64,000 nt of DNA from an uncultured Bacilli bacterium (GCA_934098705.1 CAKOPC010000003.1:5321-69320); one strand, 5' to 3'; shown: positions 10,266 to 19,865, numbered from the stretch's first letter. The notes: generated by a model from the letters alone, not told the origin. Made by a program: numbers and translations.

Positions 10266-12041
10266 TTATTTAGATTTCTTACTATCTCTTTTACTTTCTG
10301 TTGGTGTTTTTGTTTTTGGATCATATCCTGATTTGTTATGTTCTTTAGCAATTTTAAGAGCAATAGCTGCATCTTGGATTGCTTCTTGTTTTGCTTTGTC
10401 TGTTTTATCTTTAGCCTGTACTGTTGATACTCTTGATGGTGTAACTCCAACAAACTTCTCACTGGCATCTAATCTTGATGCTAAAGTTACAATATTTTTT
10501 TGGAAGGCATTAGCATTACCATTTAAGAACGCTTCTTTTGCTTCTATTAACTGACTTGCTCTTGCAAGACCTTTCTTTTCTCCCCAAGCTTCATCTAACA
10601 TTCTTAATTTTTCACTTGTATCTTCTGTTTCATTAAACTTTTGTAGTTTTTCACCTGTCACACCGAAGGCATTAGCATAAGCAAATTTTTCTTCAAGTGT
10701 ACCAGAATCATATATGTTTTGTAATTGTTGCATTGATTTATCACTACTAAATACTGACCCATCAAGAGCACCATCAAGGGCTTTGTAATTATCCCCAGCA
10801 CTTTTAGCAGCATCTTTATGCTGAGTTGCACTTTTAATCCAAGGAAATTTGTTTTGTATTTCATCTTTTTGAGCTTCACGCCAACCTATTCCTTCGGCTT
10901 TTCTTTTGGCAACAGCAGTATTACTGCTACTAAATGCTTTACCAACATTACCAATTTTTCCTGAAAAACCAGAATTTAAAACTGCAAATGTTTGTCCTAT
11001 GGTACCTTTGTTGGCTGCTGTTACAAATGCTCCAGCTGTACCAACTGCAGTAACAAGGGATGTTTTTACAGCATTCATTGAATCTTTAAATGTTCCACCC
11101 ATATTTTTAATACCAAAGATTTCACTTATAAAGTTTGGAACTGTCTTAGCAAATACAAATGCTCCAAAATATAATAATAATTTATTAAATCCTGTAACAG
11201 AATCATTTAAAAGTCCAATAAAATATATTGCCATATTTATTCCCAATATTTTAACAAATAAATCTAAATAACAACCAATAAATTTACTAGTCCAATTATT
11301 TAAAACTTTATCATTGGGATTTATATATGATATAAAGGCTACCGGAGATAATACTCTTAAAATTAATAGTTTAAAGTTTCGTATAACAACTTCAATACAT
11401 AAAGCAGCTAATAATACACAAAGAGCAATTCCACATAAAATACTCATAAAAATATCTATTGATATTTCTTCTTCTTCTACTTTTTTTGATATATCATCAT
11501 TACCTTCTTTAGTTATTAAAAAATCACTTTCTAATACTTCATCTGGATTTTTTGATAATGATGCTACCATCTCTCTTGCAAAAGCTATTCCTGCTGTATA
11601 TTCTTTGCTACTATCTACATTAGTTTTATTATTTTGCGGATTAAACAAAGTATATAATACACTTTTACCATCACTTGGATTTAAAATAGCTTCTTCTAGT
11701 GGTGATATTACTGTATCCATAACAACTGGAAATCCTATAACTAATATTAATGATATTACAATTCTTGTTAACATTTTTCCAGTACCTGTTTGTTTATCAT
11801 TTAACTTATCTGGATCTATTAGGTATCCAAACATTGTAACAGTTATTCTAAATAGCATAAAAATTGCTATTAATGTATAAACATTTTCTATAATATTTCC
11901 TATTTCTTCATTTAGTATTTGTGAACCAGTAAGCATCTTAGTATAAGATACCATTCCATCGTATACCATAGCAACTGTTGAAAATATCCATGATAAAAAT
12001 TTTGTAAATATTTCTCCTGCATTAAATAATTTTAATATCAT
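10266..12041 (-). CDS. VirB6/TrbL-like T4SS membrane protein, paralog 3 (short loop without Cys)
   Basis: 591 aa. Same conserved N-terminal, FISYINPNDKVLNNW and GIKNMGGTFKDSMNAVKT blocks. Loop reduced to ~90 aa. Confidence 0.6.
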   Translation of the reverse strand: MILKLFNAGEIFTKFLSWIFSTVAMVYDGMVSYTKMLTGSQILNEEIGNIIENVYTLIAIFMLFRITVTMFGYLIDPDKLNDKQTGTGKMLTRIVISLILVIGFPVVMDTVISPLEEAILNPSDGKSVLYTLFNPQNNKTNVDSSKEYTAGIAFAREMVASLSKNPDEVLESDFLITKEGNDDISKKVEEEEISIDIFMSILCGIALCVLLAALCIEVVIRNFKLLILRVLSPVAFISYINPNDKVLNNWTSKFIGCYLDLFVKILGINMAIYFIGLLNDSVTGFNKLLLYFGAFVFAKTVPNFISEIFGIKNMGGTFKDSMNAVKTSLVTAVGTAGAFVTAANKGTIGQTFAVLNSGFSGKIGNVGKAFSSSNTAVAKRKAEGIGWREAQKDEIQNKFPWIKSATQHKDAAKSAGDNYKALDGALDGSVFSSDKSMQQLQNIYDSGTLEEKFAYANAFGVTGEKLQKFNETEDTSEKLRMLDEAWGEKKGLARASQLIEAKEAFLNGNANAFQKNIVTLASRLDASEKFVGVTPSRVSTVQAKDKTDKAKQEAIQDAAIALKIAKEHNKSGYDPKTKTPTESKRDSKKSK

Positions 12042-12107
12042 ATAAACTGCCCCCTAAGTAAATTGACAACTATATATTATACAATAAAATAGGTAAAATA
12101 ACAAGAA

Positions 12108-13145
12108 TTAATTTTTTTGAATAGGATTTTCTTTAACTTTTAGACTATCTTCATAATATTGTTTTATTAATCTTCTTACATTTTCTTCATTAAAAGCATA
12201 CTTTAACATCTTATTTATTTGATTTTCGGTGCAGAAAAAATTAACGCACTTGTTTTCTAAGTCTTCATTATCTTGATATTTATTAAGATATGATTCCACC
12301 AAAAAATAAGCTACGCTATTTAATTTATCTTCTACTTTTCTATCAATTAATGGATTATATTTAATGTAAAGTAATTTGTCAGTATCCACAATGAAATTCA
12401 AAACAGATGTAACATCATTATATCTTGTTAATAAAGCAATCAAATGATATAAATCAGCTTTAAAGTATAGATACTCCATGTTTTTTTCTCCCACTATTCC
12501 TTCCAAATATTTAGCAATTTGGGCTTGATATTCATAAGATTTAGTTGTATCGTTAAAATATTTTTTATTTAAAACCTGTGTATATCCTTCATTTATGGCG
12601 CGACCATACGTCTTAGTCTTTGACACGAATATACTTTGAGAAAAGCCACAATATGCCACTTTTCCTGTAAATAGTGTACTTGCAGCATGCAATAATTCAT
12701 GTGTTATTACTTCATTTTTATAATTATAAATACTTATCTTATTTTTTACAGTACTATATGCTCCATCAATATATATAAAGTGTAATATACTTTTTATAAA
12801 GTATGAAATATCAGTTGTTTTAGTTAATGTTGTCAAGTTATTAAATAACAATTCATATGAAAATTCGGGATTTTTTTCTTTTAAAGTTTTTATAAAATTT
12901 ATTATTACATCTTTCATTTCCTGATTAAATGTATTTGATATTTCAAAGTCTTGTTTTTCATATTTAAAATCAGGTCTTATAATTATTTCTTTTAATTCTT
13001 CGTTTTTACATAGTTTTATTCTTTTTTTACCCTCTATAAAACCACCATATACAACAAATGTTGATATAAACGTTACAATTTCTTTTACTTTTTCAATATC
13101 AATATTATTAATAATATTTTCTATATCAAAAATATTTAAGTTCAT
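12108..13145 (-). CDS. HExxH-motif protein (putative zinc metallopeptidase) encoded within the T4SS operon
   Basis: ITHELLHAAS motif. Likely start is the internal ATG at 13145, preceded by AAAGGAGGTAAAATT, rather than the ORF-track start at 13208. Confidence 0.45.
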   Translation of the reverse strand: MNLNIFDIENIINNIDIEKVKEIVTFISTFVVYGGFIEGKKRIKLCKNEELKEIIIRPDFKYEKQDFEISNTFNQEMKDVIINFIKTLKEKNPEFSYELLFNNLTTLTKTTDISYFIKSILHFIYIDGAYSTVKNKISIYNYKNEVITHELLHAASTLFTGKVAYCGFSQSIFVSKTKTYGRAINEGYTQVLNKKYFNDTTKSYEYQAQIAKYLEGIVGEKNMEYLYFKADLYHLIALLTRYNDVTSVLNFIVDTDKLLYIKYNPLIDRKVEDKLNSVAYFLVESYLNKYQDNEDLENKCVNFFCTENQINKMLKYAFNEENVRRLIKQYYEDSLKVKENPIQKN

Positions 13146-13215
13146 AATTTTACCTCCTTTTTTATTATAACAAAAAAACCAAATAACAACTAGTGCTATT
13201 TGGTTCATGTATTAA

Positions 13216-13554
13216 TTAGTCTTTTTTAGGGCAAGCTTCTGGCTTAGTTGCACAAGTCCAGCAAATGGAAGAATCATTGTTTTCATTTCCTCCAACTAAA
13301 TTAAATACTGCTTGTACTACAGTTACGACAAAGAATATTACAACACCATAAATAATTCTCTTAATAAGCATTTTTTGGGCTTCTTTTATTTCCTTGTCAT
13401 CTCCAGCCATTACAGCTTTACCTAAGTCTAAAATTGCAAGTAATACGATAATTATTGGAATTACAATTTTAAAAATATTAATAATGATACCAATTAAACG
13501 CCAAATGTTAGCAGTATCACTACAAAATTGAGCAGCTTCATCTAATAAAAACAT
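13216..13554 (-). CDS. VirB2/TrbC-like T4SS pilin candidate 2 (Cys-rich C-terminal tail)
   Basis: 112 aa. Two hydrophobic helices around a loop (DLGKAVMAGDDKEIKEAQKMLIKR) that aligns with the loop of pilin candidate 1. C-terminus CWTCATKPEACPKKD. Confidence 0.45.
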   Translation of the reverse strand: MFLLDEAAQFCSDTANIWRLIGIIINIFKIVIPIIIVLLAILDLGKAVMAGDDKEIKEAQKMLIKRIIYGVVIFFVVTVVQAVFNLVGGNENNDSSICWTCATKPEACPKKD

Positions 13555-13677
13555 ATATATAACCTCTCTTTCTCACATATTTATATTACATAATATTTTA
13601 TATTTTGTCAACTTTAATTAAGAAATTTTACAATTATTTTATTTTATGTTATTATATTTTAGGAAAAGAGGAAGTAT

Positions 13678-14157
13678 ATGAAAAAGATTTTTATAATATT
13701 GGCTGTAATTATTGCTACTTTAATATCTTTAATACTTATATTTAATAACAAAGATAATAATAGTTATTTAAAAGAGATAAACTATGAAGATTATATAAAT
13801 ATGGTAAACGATAATGAAACATTTATTTTATATGTTAAGCAAACTAATTGTAAACATTGTACTGCTTTTACTCCAATTTTTACAAATGTATTAAATAAAA
13901 ATAAAGTTTTGGCATATGTTATTAATTTAACTGATATGGATAATGATAATAAAGAAACTTTTCTTAATGAGTTAAGTATTAATGGTACCCCTACTGTTCT
14001 TTTCTTTCAAGAAGGTGTTGAACTTGGTAAATTTTCAAGAATATCTGGTGAAAAATCTGCAGAATATGTTACTAAAAAGTTAAAAGATTTAGGTTTTATA
14101 AAAGATTCTTTAGATGATGATACTAATAAAGAAAATAATGATAAAAAAGAAGATTAA
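13678..14157 (+). CDS. Membrane-anchored thioredoxin-fold protein (CxxC thiol-disulfide oxidoreductase-like)
   Basis: N-terminal TM anchor, CKHC active-site motif in a thioredoxin-like context (ILYVKQTNCKHCTAF ... PTVLFF). AGGAAAAGAGG RBS. Confidence 0.7.
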   Translation: MKKIFIILAVIIATLISLILIFNNKDNNSYLKEINYEDYINMVNDNETFILYVKQTNCKHCTAFTPIFTNVLNKNKVLAYVINLTDMDNDNKETFLNELSINGTPTVLFFQEGVELGKFSRISGEKSAEYVTKKLKDLGFIKDSLDDDTNKENNDKKED

Positions 14158-14158
14158 A

Positions 14159-14199
14159 AAAAGCATTTGGATTAATAATTAATTCCAAGTGCTTTTTTA
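14159..14199. terminator. Bidirectional intrinsic terminator
   Basis: AAAAAAGCATTTGG-loop-CCAAGTGCTTTTTT hairpin between convergent genes. Confidence 0.4.
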
Positions 14200-14215
14200 T
14201 TACTATTATTTTACT

Positions 14216-14509
14216 TTAAACTTCTTCATCTTTTTCATTTTTACTTAAAAAATATACAACTACTGTTCCTAATAAAACAATTATAGATATTTTAACAACT
14301 GTTGCTACATTTAATGGTTCATCTTTAGTTTGTTCTTTTATTTCCTCTTTTGGCACTTCAGTAGTAACCTCAATTTCTTCTTTTGTTTCAGTATCATTTA
14401 CTTCTTCGTCATTATATTCATCTGCCTTTACATTAAAGTTAAAACTAAAACTAATTAGCAAAATAAATATTATAGCAATAATTTTTTTAAAGTATCCTTT
14501 ATTTTTCAT
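14216..14509 (-). CDS. Small exported protein with acidic Glu/Lys-rich middle and C-terminal TM anchor
   Basis: 97 aa. Signal peptide, then a C-terminal hydrophobic helix. Confidence 0.4.
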   Translation of the reverse strand: MKNKGYFKKIIAIIFILLISFSFNFNVKADEYNDEEVNDTETKEEIEVTTEVPKEEIKEQTKDEPLNVATVVKISIIVLLGTVVVYFLSKNEKDEEV

Positions 14510-14539
14510 ATTTTCCTCCTACTATTCTTTTTATATATT

Positions 14540-14890
14540 TTATATTTTCTTGATACCCTTATCTTTATAATTTAAATACTCATTTAAGGCATTATTATAT
14601 CTTTCTATATCTTCTTCTTTATATAATTTTAAGGCATCTATAACATATTTTTGATTTACTTCTTCTAAAGATTTAACATTAGTATCATTAAGTTTTATTC
14701 CTGTTATACAATCATATAAATTGTTATCTATAAGTTCTGCTATTACAAAAACGTTTTCATATGTTTTTATGTCCTGATATGAAAAGTCATTTAAGCATGT
14801 AAATCTCACTCTTCCTATTATAGCTTCAAGTATATTAAGGAGCATGCCATTTGTATCATTATCAAGATATATTTTATAATATTTTTTCAT
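14540..14890 (-). CDS. Hypothetical protein
   Basis: ORF overlaps the upstream phosphorylase gene by a few codons. Start probably at MKKYYK (14890). Confidence 0.35.
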   Translation of the reverse strand: MKKYYKIYLDNDTNGMLLNILEAIIGRVRFTCLNDFSYQDIKTYENVFVIAELIDNNLYDCITGIKLNDTNVKSLEEVNQKYVIDALKLYKEEDIERYNNALNEYLNYKDKGIKKI

Positions 14891-16149
14891 TATAAGCATC
14901 CTATTATTACACTTTTTGATTTTTGTTTTATTTTAGATATTTTAAAGTATTTACTAACATCAATATTTATATTTTTAGTATTGCCATATAAAGTACATAA
15001 AACATCCCCTTTTAAAACTTTTGCTGTTACATGTTTTTCAATTATTATACCTGCATCATAGTTTATTAAATCTTCTTTAGTTTTTCTTCCAGCTCCTAGT
15101 AAAACTGATGTTTTTCCTAAATTTAAGGCATCTATATCTTTTATATAACCAGTATGTGTTGCATAAACTTTTAAACCATCTGGTAATTTTAAAATATTTA
15201 TATTACCATTATTATAAGTAACATAAGATACAAATCTTTTATAGGCATTACCATTTTCTATTTGTTCTACAACTTTTATTTTTGCTGTTTCAAAAGGAAT
15301 ATTTAAAGTTATTTCTACTATTTTACTTGCTAAATAAACACATAATTCATAAAGGTTACCTCTTACTTTATTTTGTAAAAATTCTAAAACTTCCATAATT
15401 TCTATTTTGTTACCAATATTATATCCTAATGGTTTATTCATATCTGTTAGGACACATATTACATTTCTGTTATATTTTATACCTATCTCTTTCATAATAG
15501 TTGCCAGTTTTAAAGCATCTTTTTTATTTTTTATTAGTGCTCCTTTGCCTACCTTTAAATCAATTACTATATTTTTTGATGAGCATGCTATTTTTTTACT
15601 CATAATAGATGTTGCAATAAGTCCTATGTCTTCAGTTGTATTGGTTACATCTCTTAGGGCATATACTTTTTTATCTAAAGGACAAAGATTTTTTGTTTGT
15701 TTTGTTATGGCAAAACCGAATTTAGAAACATTTTCATATAAAGTATCATAATCTAAATCTGTATTTACATTTATACTTTCTAATTTATCTATTGTTCCTC
15801 CGGTATAACCAAGTCCTTTACCACTCATTTTAACAAGGTTTACACCTAAACAGGCAACTATAGGGGCAATAATTAAAGTTGTTTTATCTCCAATACCACC
15901 AGTTGAATGTTTATCACATAAGTTTTTTATGGTGCTTAAATCAAGTACTTCACCTGACTTTATAAATATATCACAAAGATCAAATATTTCATTTTTATTT
16001 AACTTATATTTTACAATAGCTTTTAACATCTTAGTCATGTCATCATCATTTATAGTGCCATTTAAATAACCATTAAAAAAGTATGCTAACTCATCATATG
16101 ATAAAGTGTTTTTAAGTTTTACTTTATTTATTATTTCTTCGTTATTCAT
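14890..16149 (-). CDS. pdp: Pyrimidine-nucleoside (thymidine) phosphorylase
   Basis: HSTGGIGDKTTLIIAPIVA and SGKGLGYTGGTIDKLESI motifs typical of the thymidine/pyrimidine-nucleoside phosphorylase family; ~420 aa. Confidence 0.8.
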   Translation of the reverse strand: MNNEEIINKVKLKNTLSYDELAYFFNGYLNGTINDDDMTKMLKAIVKYKLNKNEIFDLCDIFIKSGEVLDLSTIKNLCDKHSTGGIGDKTTLIIAPIVACLGVNLVKMSGKGLGYTGGTIDKLESINVNTDLDYDTLYENVSKFGFAITKQTKNLCPLDKKVYALRDVTNTTEDIGLIATSIMSKKIACSSKNIVIDLKVGKGALIKNKKDALKLATIMKEIGIKYNRNVICVLTDMNKPLGYNIGNKIEIMEVLEFLQNKVRGNLYELCVYLASKIVEITLNIPFETAKIKVVEQIENGNAYKRFVSYVTYNNGNINILKLPDGLKVYATHTGYIKDIDALNLGKTSVLLGAGRKTKEDLINYDAGIIIEKHVTAKVLKGDVLCTLYGNTKNINIDVSKYFKISKIKQKSKSVIIGCL

Positions 16150-16192
16150 TATTTATCACCACATAATTAATTATATCAAAAAAAAAGAACTT

Positions 16193-16546
16193 TTAAAATA
16201 AATTCTTGTCTAATCTATCTAAAGCTCTTTTTGGATTTTCTGATAATGTTTCATATAGTTTCTTATGATGTCTTAATTCTTTAATTATTTCAATTTCTTC
16301 ATTTGCCATCATCATACCATAATTATTATTTGTATCAGAAACAACATAACAATCATTACCAATTAGGTACTCAAGCGGAGTATTTAATATCTTTGATAAT
16401 TCAATCAAATTTTTACTGCTTGGTTTTTTAACCTCTTTTTCCCAGTGGCACACACTAACCTTTGAAACTCCTAAAATTTTTCCAAGGTCTTCTTGACTCA
16501 TATTTGCTTTTTTACGTGCTTCTTTTATTCTCTTTCCTAAATACAT
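16193..16546 (-). CDS. XRE-family HTH transcriptional regulator
   Basis: N-terminal Cro/C1-type HTH (LGKRIKEARKKANMSQEDLGKILGVSKVSVCHWE). Confidence 0.7.
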   Translation of the reverse strand: MYLGKRIKEARKKANMSQEDLGKILGVSKVSVCHWEKEVKKPSSKNLIELSKILNTPLEYLIGNDCYVVSDTNNNYGMMMANEEIEIIKELRHHKKLYETLSENPKRALDRLDKNLF

Positions 16547-16655
16547 AAAATCACCTCAAATTTCTTTATACTTAAATTATAAAAAAATTAATCGATAATT
16601 TTACTCGTTTTAACTTAAAGTTAAACATATTTTTTTAAGTAAATAGGCTTTTTTA

Positions 16656-17000
16656 CTATTCTAATTCTTTATTTTTGTCTTTATTTGTTAGTGATGATAG
16701 AAATGTTATCTTTTCTGCAACAACTCTTGTTTTATATATTTTTGCACCTTCTTTTTCATAATTGTTTGTTTCAAGTCTACCTCTTACTCCTATTAAATCT
16801 CCTTTTTTACAGTAATGACAAGTATTTTCTGCTATACCGTTCCATAAAGTACAATCAATATAGTCTGTTTCATATTCTCCATCTATATTTTTATAGCTTC
16901 TTGGAACGGCAATAGTTAAATTAGAGATTTTAGAGCCATCAATTTGTTTAACTTCTGGAGTTCTTACTATCCTACCAACTAAAAGGGTTTGATTAATCAT
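16656..17000 (-). CDS. ssb: Single-stranded DNA-binding protein
   Basis: OB-fold SSB N-terminus MINQTLLVGRIVRTPEV...DCTLWNGIAE. Start at the internal ATG 17000 with AAAGGAGGTG RBS. Confidence 0.75.
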   Translation of the reverse strand: MINQTLLVGRIVRTPEVKQIDGSKISNLTIAVPRSYKNIDGEYETDYIDCTLWNGIAENTCHYCKKGDLIGVRGRLETNNYEKEGAKIYKTRVVAEKITFLSSLTNKDKNKELE

Positions 17001-17223
17001 TTTGGGAATCACCTCCTTTCGTTTTGGTACTATAAAACAAATTTTTTTTGATTGCAAATCGCACTTTTTAAAATTTTGATACTAAAAAGATATTAAATTT
17101 TTAAATTTTGTCTTAAGCAAAAATTCAAATTTGAAGCCATTTTGGTACTCAGTTTTATTAAAAGTATACAATCGTAACAAAAATTACGACATTTTTTGCA
17201 CTTTTAGATATTATTTTACCTAA

Positions 17224-17349
17224 ATATGTAACGAAATTAAAGAATATATTTTAAATTCATTTGAATATGAATATTCTAACGGAATTATTGAATATACTAA
17301 TAATTTAATTAAACAAATTAAACATACTGCTATAAGAAAAGAGAACTAA
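17224..17349 (+). pseudogene. Remnant of the C-terminus of an ISL3-family transposase
   Basis: 40-codon fragment, no start: NEIKEYILNSFEYEYSNGIIEYTNNLIKQIKHTAIRKEN*. It matches the conserved ISL3 C-terminal block (INSFxYPYSNGPIEGINNKIKVIKR) with G-to-Y substitutions. Confidence 0.5.
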
Positions 17350-17465
17350 ATTTTAGTCCTCTTACTGATTCATTTATCATTAGTTTCTGGCACCACCAAC
17401 ACTACTTGACATTGAACCGCAATCACTTTGACTTTTATAAAAATATATTTTTTATTTTCTTAAGA

Positions 17466-18026
17466 TTAACATTTACCACCATTATCTTTAAAATAAGTTT
17501 CTATATATTTCACTAAGATTTTAGCCTTATTAAATTCTTTAGCTTTAACAATATTTATTATATATTCACTACCACTAGCATCTATTATATTATCATTTTG
17601 ATCATATTCTATAAGATATTCGTATTTTTCATTATTAAGGACACAACTTACTTGTACTGTTTGTTCCGTTTTCTCTGTTTTTGATGATTGTCTACTACCA
17701 AAAAAGACACTTAATAAAATTATAGCTACAAACCCAACTATGAATAATATTCCTATTACTTTTAGTATTTTGATTATTAACCCGGCAAGTTTTTCAGTGT
17801 TACTAACTTTTTCAACTAGCACAGGTTTAATATCATTATTTAATAATTCATCAATACTAACATTTAATGCTTTTGATAATAATTTTAACTGCTCTGGATT
17901 TGGTGAAGTTTCACTAAGTTCCCAATTTGATATTGTTTGCCTAGTAACATTAATTTTTTCTGCTAATTGTTCTTGTGAAAGGTTACAATCTTTTCTTAAT
18001 TTTAAAATATTATTTCCTAATTTCAT
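17466..18026 (-). CDS. Membrane-anchored XRE-family HTH regulator with extracytoplasmic C-terminal domain
   Basis: HTH (LKLRKDCNLSQEQLAEKINVTRQTISNWE), a central TM helix, ~80-aa C-terminal domain. Confidence 0.65.
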   Translation of the reverse strand: MKLGNNILKLRKDCNLSQEQLAEKINVTRQTISNWELSETSPNPEQLKLLSKALNVSIDELLNNDIKPVLVEKVSNTEKLAGLIIKILKVIGILFIVGFVAIILLSVFFGSRQSSKTEKTEQTVQVSCVLNNEKYEYLIEYDQNDNIIDASGSEYIINIVKAKEFNKAKILVKYIETYFKDNGGKC

Positions 18027-18108
18027 TTTATCTCTCCTCTCACTTGCAATTATATATGTATTGATATTTGCATTCTACCAAATGTCTTTGGAACTTTGTC
18101 AAAGAGTT

Positions 18109-18708
18109 TTAACATTTATTAAACATTTTATTTTTTTTTACTAATTCCACTATAAAATATCCTATAACAATTCCTAAAAAATTCATTACTAAATCATCTA
18201 TATCAAAACTTCTACCGACTACAAATTGCAGAACTTCAATAGTAAATGGTATTAAAATGGCATATTTAAATATATTCTTTTTATTAATATTTTTAAAGCA
18301 TAATGATAACAATATCCCCATAGGAATAAACATCAAGAGGTTCCCCACTATCATTGTCTTTACCCAGTCACCTAAAGCATAGTTACCTATAATTATTTTA
18401 TATATTGTTGGAATAAAATTATATGAAAAATCAAATATTCCTGCAAACGGATTTTCATTAAAATTATAAAATATATTATGCCAAATGATATTCCAAAAGT
18501 TTATAGGAACTAATACTAAATTAAATAATCCTACTATATAACACACAAATATTAAATACAAGATTTCTTTTTTACTATTAATATCACTATTATTTTTTTT
18601 TAGTTTTAAAAATCTAAATATTATATAAAATAGTCCTACTAATAAAGTGATTGGTATAACTTGTATAAACTGATTTATTACTGAATTTCCTGTAAATAAT
18701 TCTTTCAT
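18109..18708 (-). CDS. VanZ-like family membrane protein
   Basis: Polytopic; C-terminal VanZ-like block GRSFDIDDLVMNFLGIVIGY. Confidence 0.65.
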   Translation of the reverse strand: MKELFTGNSVINQFIQVIPITLLVGLFYIIFRFLKLKKNNSDINSKKEILYLIFVCYIVGLFNLVLVPINFWNIIWHNIFYNFNENPFAGIFDFSYNFIPTIYKIIIGNYALGDWVKTMIVGNLLMFIPMGILLSLCFKNINKKNIFKYAILIPFTIEVLQFVVGRSFDIDDLVMNFLGIVIGYFIVELVKKNKMFNKC

Positions 18709-19310
18709 ATATCCCCCGTTTTAATATTTTTATTAAATACAAACCTTATCAAAAATAATATATATAATATAAGACATATAAGATCAGTAATAGCAGAAAA
18801 TAACTTCATTTGTTTAGTAAATACTGATATAAATAATATAATTGTTTCTATTAATATAAATATTGCTGGCATAATACATAATATTTTACTATATATTTTA
18901 TCTTTTCTACCACTATAAAGTATTGCTCCTAAAGCTCCACATATTACTGCTGGTATAATACTATATAATAACCATCCATTAATACTATTAATTGGTATTT
19001 CCATTAATGAATCAAATGGAGTATACGAATTAAAATGCATTTTAATTAATTGATATATTGTAGTAATTAGAAATATCATAAACACATACATTGAAGTATT
19101 AATAACTGCTGTTTTTCTTTTCTCGCTTAGTAAAACTATAAGAGATATTGTACCTATCCAAAAACCATAAGTACTTGAACTCCAGTAAGAAAAAGACCAC
19201 AAGTTATTATTAGGAAGCATTAAACATATTACTACGGAAAGTCCCGCAAGTACACTTAATAAAAATACTAATAAATATGATTTAATATTATCCTTAAAAA
19301 CCACTTTCAT
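18705..19310 (-). CDS. Polytopic membrane protein of unknown function
   Basis: About 6 TM helices. Start likely MKVVFKD (GGAAG RBS). Confidence 0.4.
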   Translation of the reverse strand: MKVVFKDNIKSYLLVFLLSVLAGLSVVICLMLPNNNLWSFSYWSSSTYGFWIGTISLIVLLSEKRKTAVINTSMYVFMIFLITTIYQLIKMHFNSYTPFDSLMEIPINSINGWLLYSIIPAVICGALGAILYSGRKDKIYSKILCIMPAIFILIETIILFISVFTKQMKLFSAITDLICLILYILFLIRFVFNKNIKTGDI

Positions 19311-19830
19311 TATTTTCACTTCCTTCTCTTTTTTTATTTGATTCTTTATTTATTATTATATAGCCAATTATGGATAAAATTATTTCTATTATAAATGTTC
19401 CGTTCCCAAAACCATATAATTTTATACTATCATATATAGTTAATACAATAGAGCCAATAATAAATAGACATCTAAATAATTTTGTATTTCTCACTTTGTA
19501 AAATATATTTCCAATTATCGCTGTTATAAATAACATTATAATCTAAAACCATACTATTTTTGAATAATAATAACCTATTACATACTTTGAATATAAATAG
19601 TATGATACAAGCATTGATCCCATAAATGATAAATAATATAAATTAAATAACTTTCTTGTTTTTGATAAACATAAAATCAAAGTAGCAATGAAAAACCAAA
19701 AGAATATACCGTAAGATAATATTCCAAAATAATGAGAAAAAGTTTTACCCGATGTCTCACTATATTTTGAAAAAATTCCTATTATAATTCCAAATATTAT
19801 CATTGCAAGTATTTTTAATTTGTCTTTCAT
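19294..19830 (-). other. Two short membrane-protein ORFs (80 and 95 aa) in different frames; possibly one frameshifted membrane protein gene
   Basis: Adjacent hydrophobic ORFs 19294..19536 and 19543..19830, separated by 6 nt. Confidence 0.3.
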
Positions 19831-19865
19831 ATCATTTTCCTATCAATTACAGGAATATCCTTATT

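Noticed and set aside
10220-10468. 82-aa minus-strand ORF overlapping the 3' end of VirB6 paralog 3
   Set aside because: Alternative frame of the Lys-rich C-terminal coding region; overlaps a supported gene.
14890-16149. Pyrimidine-nucleoside phosphorylase as conjugative-element cargo
   Set aside because: It is a housekeeping-type enzyme; the ICE boundary cannot be placed from this window alone, so cargo status is unproven.
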